NCBI GenBank assembly: GCA_964270895.1
Contig: OZ185438.1
Origin: Podarcis filfolensis
Taxonomy: Eukaryota
DNA: 64,000 bases
Strand: one strand, 5' to 3'
Positions 58,291 to 64,000 of this stretch are shown piece after piece. A program made the translations under genes and the position numbers. The notes under the pieces were generated by a model. It was not told the DNA's origin, made no database searches, and saw only the letters and a program-made list of their open reading frames with translations. How positions within the stretch are numbered: the first letter of the stretch is position 1; every line of letters begins with the position of its first letter.

Positions 58291-59409
58291 AAAGGGTTGC
58301 ATGTGAGTTATCCAAAGATCCATTTGGCTGCTTCACTGAGTTCAACATATATGATTACAGTAAAGTTACCAAATTTTTTCCAGTGAATCCGGGGACACTT
58401 TTCAACTTCAATGGATCTTGTATGAGGACTGATTTGTAAATCCAGGGACTGTCCCCGAGAAACAGGGACGTCTGGTAACCTTAGATTACAGCTGAGACCT
58501 AAAGATAGAGTGCTTGGATTTAAGTAAGTTCCAGCATCCATGCTGCAATCCTATGCATAATTAATTACCTGGAAAAAAGGTCCATTGAATTTTCTCAGAA
58601 GTAAATACTGTATATATGTGTAGGATGAGACTGCATGGGTGATTATATTCAAGCACCCTGATCCAGTTGTTTGGCAGAACAAACTAAAGGCTACTGTTCT
58701 TTAAAAACTTATCCTCCTGTAGCTGCTGAACTAAACAAGATACTTTCAGAGTTTGTGTAAATATGCTGTTGATTGCTGCCCAATTTAGCAAGCAGTGCTT
58801 ACGACTTGTAAGATCATAGCTCTGCTTAGTGTATGTTACCACTTCAAATAATCCTATCGGAGCTGTGCCTGATTAATTCAGAGCTGCTTCTATAAGAGGC
58901 ATTTGAGAGTGTCTCTAGCAAACACGAGTAAATCAAAACAGAATAAACACACTACAGTTTCATTTTACTTCAAAGCACTAAGCATAATTACAAATATAAT
59001 TTTATCACTTTACACGCTGAAATCAATTTTTCAATTACAGGACAGTTTGTGAATGGACAATTGGGAAGGTAGTCTATATGTTACATTGATAGTGTTATAT
59101 AAATAATGACTCACTATGCAATTCCATTTACTGCTTTGTGTATGTAAACAATAATTTGCTTACATTGTGCATCATTCTTATTATGCTAGAACATATATAG
59201 CTTAATAAATATATTTGCTTGAAGTTTATTGACCATAAGGTAAAACATTCCATTATGCAAAATGAGAATTCAAATAGAATACTTAGAATCATTCAGATGT
59301 AGGGACAGAAAGATCAAAGGGTATCTACCACCAGCAAGATTTAAGCATAGCACATGGTCATCAGTCCAAGAAATAGCAACTAAATGCACCAATTTATAGC
59401 ATCTTTTAT

Positions 59410-59926
59410 AAGTTACAACAGCAAATAAAGACTAGACCAAGGCCTTTTCAGCACTGGCCCTGACCTGGTGGAACGCTCTGTCGCAGGAGACCAAGACCCT
59501 GTGGGATTTGACATCTTTCCGCAGGACCTGCAAGATGGAGCTGTTCTACCAGGCCTTTGGTCTGGACTCAGTCTGACCTCCCCTCTTTCTTCTTTTTTCA
59601 ATGGAACCCCTTATATGGGATCCTGCATATAAATTTTCCCTCTGCCCTTTTGCTGGCCCATGTAGGACCAGCATGGATAGCTGGCCCTGATGAATATTTG
59701 ATGTTTCCTTCCCTTAAGGTCTTGATTTATGGGCCGCCAGTAAAACGAGGCTGCATCTTAAGCTGCATTTTAAGCTGTATTTTAATTTATTTGTGATTTT
59801 GGTTTTTTTTAGCTGTATTTTAAATTTGGTGTTAGCCACCCTGAGCCCAGTCTTGGCTGGGGAGGGCGGGGTATAAATAAAAATAACATAAAAATAAAAT
59901 TTATTATTATTATTATTATTATTATT
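59410..59926 (+). mobile_element. L2-clade LINE 3' end with (TTA)n tail
   Basis: aggccttttcagc..ggccctgacctggtggaacgctct...gcaagatggagctgttc...gttagccaccctgagccc...gggcggggtataaataa, then (tta)n at 59901-59926. Confidence 0.75.
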
Positions 59927-61071
59927 AGGGTTACATATTGCGCTTTGATTGCATAACAAGTATCAAACCTTAACAAAGTCTAGGAATTCATTAAGGGCTC
60001 TAAGAGAACGAACTCATCTGAGCCATTACATAATGGGTAGTTGAATAAATAATGTTCAATATTCTCTATCTAGCTTTTGTATATTTTAAAGCAGGGTTGT
60101 AATTTTTCTTGATTTTACTGTTTTATCTTTTGTAAATTGCTTTGAGCGTGGGTGGGTGTTTTTACAATCAAAAGGTGTATAAAGATCATGAAATAATTAA
60201 AATAAACATCCTATTATGCTCAGAAGAGAGTGTGATGAGAGAGGGGGGAAAGATTGCATAGTCTGGAAGAGCTTATAAATAATTTTTTTTGGCATGGTGA
60301 ACTGTAAGGCAACAAGGCCACCTAGAAAACAATTAGAACTCATTTTGATGTTATGCTGCAGGGACTTCTCCAAAAGGTAAGTCAATCTCTTCTAGATAAT
60401 CATGTCAAATATGCTGAGATGTTTATAGGACAAGCATAATAGATAAAATAACCTTTTCATTTATTGCCCCTGTTGAAAACATTGGCCTGTTTAGGTAACC
60501 TGGTGTCAGGCATATGACTTGGATGGCATAAGTAGCATATTGTGGAAAGAGACTTTAATAAAAGGGAAGGCTGACTTGGGCATGAAGCAGTGCAGCAGTG
60601 TCACAAGGAAAGCACAAGAGTGTTCTTAAGAACTAATTCTCGGTAACTTCCAAAGAGGTCAAATCAGCTTCACTTCATGTTTCAGCATCACATCAAATAT
60701 GAGCAACTACCTTCCCCACACAAAGGTCTTAAATTGTTTCTCAAAGAAGAAATGTAATTTGGGGGGAGTGCTAGTTCCTGGGAACTTGGTGGACACTAAT
60801 AAAACCATTGAGAAGGGTTTTAAGCAAGAGCATGCAAGACCTGATATAAAAGGAAATGTATACACCCTCCGCAAGTAAGTATGCAGGTAAAAATCGTTTT
60901 TAAAAAGCTGAAAAGTAAACAGAATATTGTTATAGGATGGGGGGGCAGTCTGGATGTGCTCTGGCTGTGTCTACAGTGCTCTCTGTGGCACTTGCTTCCT
61001 CCATCTCTTGCTTGTTCTTCTCTCATTATTCAGGCTTCTACTCCTTCTGTCTGCTACCCATTTGCAGACTC

Positions 61072-61560
61072 CTAAATAGTCGAAGTCTCTTCCTTCTCCA
61101 CAACTGACTTCCAATCGTTATGCCTTCCAGCTGCCTTTGATCTCCTTAGCCACCCCATCTGAGTACTCTGCAACTGAGCTTCTGGGTCATTCTCAACCAT
61201 TTGCAGAGGCTGAACAGGCAAAGCTCTCACCTTCTTATGTGTGAACTTAAGAGTCTTCATAAGCTCACATCGGAGGTCGCCATTTCCCCCTTCAAGGCTC
61301 CCCGTAATCTGATGGCATGACCTATTCAGTCTCTGGTTCTGCAGCTCCGTTTGCTGCTCAATAATGCTTCTGCTGTTCAAGACTGCTTTTAAGCTACTCC
61401 ATCATCTGTGTTTGGTGCTCTGCTTGCTGCTGTATCTTCAATGCTTTTAAGCTGCTGGAACATCAAGTTGATCTGTTCCAGGAGTATTGCTGTTTCTCTC
61501 ACCTTAGCTCAGGCACAGCTTGCTCACAGTTCCTGTTCCAAGAAACACAATCCTACTTCT
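61072..61560 (-). mobile_element. Possible decayed L1-type ORF1 remnant
   Basis: Coiled-coil-like stretch with stops, followed by ELQNQRLNRSCHQITGSLEGGNGDL, loosely like L1 ORF1p DLENRSRRNN.RI.G.PEG..G.DL; pattern recall only. Confidence 0.35.
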
Positions 61561-61736
61561 AACATCAGTATTACACATCCCTCAGTCTCTGAGCAGTGGG
61601 AGACTTCAGAGGTTGTCGGCCGGGGCCATCCCACCCATGAGGCCGGGGCTGTTCCACCCATGAGGTGAATTGAGGTAGCCACCTTGGCTGGTGGAAGCCC
61701 AAAAGGTGCCCCCTCATGGGTGCCTTGCCTGCCCTG

Positions 61737-61767
61737 CCACCACCACCACCACCACCACCACCACCAC
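61737..61767. repeat. (CCA)n microsatellite
   Basis: Direct reading. Confidence 0.92.
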
Positions 61768-61923
61768 TGGTGGAGAAGTGGTGCCAGAAACAGAAACAGG
61801 TCATTGAAATCTTATGAAATCTCACCAAGATTGCATGAGATTTCAGTGAACTCTTGAGAGAACTTGCTGGGTATAGCCACACAACCAAATAAGGGAGGCC
61901 GCGGAGACACTGAAGTGTGGCAT

Positions 61924-62293
61924 TGTTATGTACTGAGTTGAATAGGATCCAAACTGCAGCAGTCTGATTGGTCCTAGAACAATAGGATCCAAAAGGCAGC
62001 AGCCTGATTGGTCCTAGAACAATAGGATTCAGAATGCAGCAGTCTGATTGGTCCTAGAACAATGCAGCAGTATGATTGGTTGGCAGGAACCACCCAATCA
62101 TGCTCCAGATAGCAGTGAATCCACAACCTGATTGGCTTACAGTAGAATTCCGGAATTAGCCAATCATGTGCAGCCCATTGTGTAAATAATGTATATAAAG
62201 CAGATGCTTTGAGGGGACTTTCATTCATTCCTCCTCACCACTATGAGCTGAATAAAGAGCATGAAATCACTTTGCGACTCTGAGTATATTTCA
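61924..62293 (+). mobile_element. Solo LTR (370 bp) with 5-bp TSD
   Basis: TG...CA termini; GGCAT at 61919-61923 and 62294-62298; 40-bp U3 repeats carrying ATTGG; TATATAAA at 62192; AATAAA at 62251-62256; no gag/pol nearby. Confidence 0.9.
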
Positions 62294-62729
62294 GGCATGT
62301 TTCTGTTTCACCTCAGGCGGTGAAATGGAACAGGACATTTCGCCCTGGTGCCAGCACACCACAGGTTGGGTTTCCTTAGAAAGAAGGTGGCTTGATGGGA
62401 GACGAAAGGCGAACTGGTTAAATCAGCTATGATACATTGGGTGAGAGATACAGGGCATAAAATAGAATTGAGTAAATGAGAGAAATTGTGGGGTGGGCAG
62501 GAAGATCTGCCCCTTCTTCTGGAAGCACCACTAGCTAGTAGTTTCTATGGCAACACACCTGTACTTGGCAAACCCTTTAGCCATGCAGAGATGCTTAAAA
62601 GACTTTGCTAAGGCATTAACCCAGGAAAGAGCCTGGTTCGACCACTTCAGCAGTTCCTTCTACAGCCAGGGGTAGTGTCAAAGCATTAGCTTGTAGACCA
62701 GGCTCCAAATCCCCACTTGGCCATGAAGC

Positions 62730-63060
62730 CAGAGGCGGAAGAAGGGGGGTGGAAGCAGGCTCCCCAGGTGTCACCACTGAGGAGGGGTGACAAAATGGCG
62801 GGCGGCACTCACCACGGGGCCTGCAGCATGCCTGAGCCACACGTCTCTTCTGGGAGTGACGCAGTGGCTTGGGCGCCCGCAGGCTCCGCACTCCCCAAAT
62901 GGTCCACCCGCTGCGTCCCCCTCAGCTGTAAGGGCAGCTGAGTGGGAGGAGGCAGGCAGACTCCTCCAGGCCCCACAGGCGGCTAACTCCACCCCCGCAG
63001 GAGGTTGGCCCCGCCTCAGGCATGCCACCCCAGGCACCCAATCGGCTTGCTCCGCTGTTG
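62730..63060. mobile_element. GC-rich hAT-like MITE
   Basis: 8-bp flanks CATGAAGC (62722-62729) and TATGAAGC (63061-63068), 7/8 identical; imperfect terminal inverted repeats cagaggcgga / tccgctgttg. Confidence 0.6.
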
Positions 63061-64000
63061 TATGAAGCTCCATGGTGACCTTGGTTCAGTCACCAATTCT
63101 GAGTTTAGCCTACCTCACATGGTTGTTGGGGTGAGGGTTGGGAAACCACTTAGGAAGGAAAATTGAACGGAGTAGGTCGAGGGCATGGCTAACAGATTGG
63201 GACAGTAAACAGGAGGCCCTGCATGCACTGTAACATTTTATTACAGGTCCCTCCTTATGTAAGCATATATTATCAGTTTGTGAGGAAAGGAGGCAAACTT
63301 TAGGAGAAAGGTTTGGATGGGAAGACATGATTCTGCTGTGTTTTTAGATATTAAAATGCTGCCAAGGAGCATTTTAGTTTGAGCTTGTTTATTGATCTTG
63401 CGTTGAGAACGACCCAGGCCTTCATAATAAATTATGAATAAAATCATTATGCAAAACAAATACAATCTCATCTTTTAAATAATAATTCTACCCTCAGAAA
63501 GCTGAGCAGATATGTTGCTGCAGCTTTCAGATAAAAAGGGGAAAGAAGAGGAGCATGTGGAAAATACCTAAAAAGCACAATCTGTTAAGCACAAATTTGT
63601 TTCCTCTCACGTTGCCTCAGCTGAGTTAAGATCAAAGAAGGTTGCTATGACTAAAAATCATATATCCCTATGAGCATTTGTTCTGTTTCTTATTCTGCTC
63701 AGGGTTCCTGTGGTCTATTTTCTGGGCTGCTGTAACTGTCTTCTGCTTGCCAACCTCTTTGTGGTCTGTGAGAAGTCAACAGTGAAGAAGAAAAATTAAA
63801 GCCACACATGCAAACCTCGTGGTCTTAAACACACTGAGCTGAACAGTGTGCTCTTCTGTTAGTCATTTCAACTTCCACATCTTAAAAGGTTTCTATAGCC
63901 AAATTGGGAGATCAGTCTGTAGCAGTATGCAGCTTCAGCAAAAGAATTGGAAATGAAGATGCGATTGAGGTGGCTATTGATATGCACCCTGAAAGACTCC

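Noticed and set aside
61941-62060. Regular 40-bp direct repeats resembling a CRISPR array
   Set aside because: The units are contiguous with no unique spacers, there are no cas genes, the context is eukaryotic, and they are LTR U3 repeats.
57500-64000. AGPAT3 3' end expected upstream of TRAPPC10 from human synteny
   Set aside because: I found no AGPAT3-like coding sequence on either strand, so the symbol is not assigned.
1-64000. Intron-encoded snoRNA or miRNA, or a prokaryote-type defence or biosynthetic system
   Set aside because: No convincing box C/D or H/ACA layout or pre-miRNA outside repeats by eye (an Rfam/Infernal scan would be decisive). There are no long intronless ORFs, RBS or operon structure.

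Overview
Vertebrate (squamate, most likely lacertid lizard) genomic DNA, not prokaryotic. The species call is an inference from Sauria-SINE, tRNA/CR1-tail SINE and lizard-type MITE content. Two spliced genes lie head-to-tail on the minus strand, in the same order as at human 21q22.3. TRAPPC10 is complete: 23 coding exons, ATG 56965 to TGA 15122, 3858 nt, 1285 aa. PWP2 is partial: coding exons 1-13, ATG 10026, running off the left edge after 545 codons. I rebuilt all 36 exons by hand, and splice phases are continuous with no frameshift or premature stop. The rest is intron or intergenic DNA with two CpG-island promoters, MITEs, SINEs, decayed CR1/L2/L1 pieces, a solo LTR with TSD and microsatellites. 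I found no CRISPR array, operon, rRNA or true tRNA, and no evidence of a wholly new multi-gene system. The best leads are gene-architecture oddities: a 13-bp tandem duplication that appears to have created the PWP2 exon-1 donor; a U12-type intron; a candidate dual-use (poison or alternative-start) exon in TRAPPC10 intron 1; a uORF, G4 motif and poly-Ala extension at the TRAPPC10 5' end; a UGA-C stop followed by a hairpin; a 51-bp intron/3'UTR copy; and a fold-back transposon. Gene names come from my recall of the human protein sequences, not from a database search.
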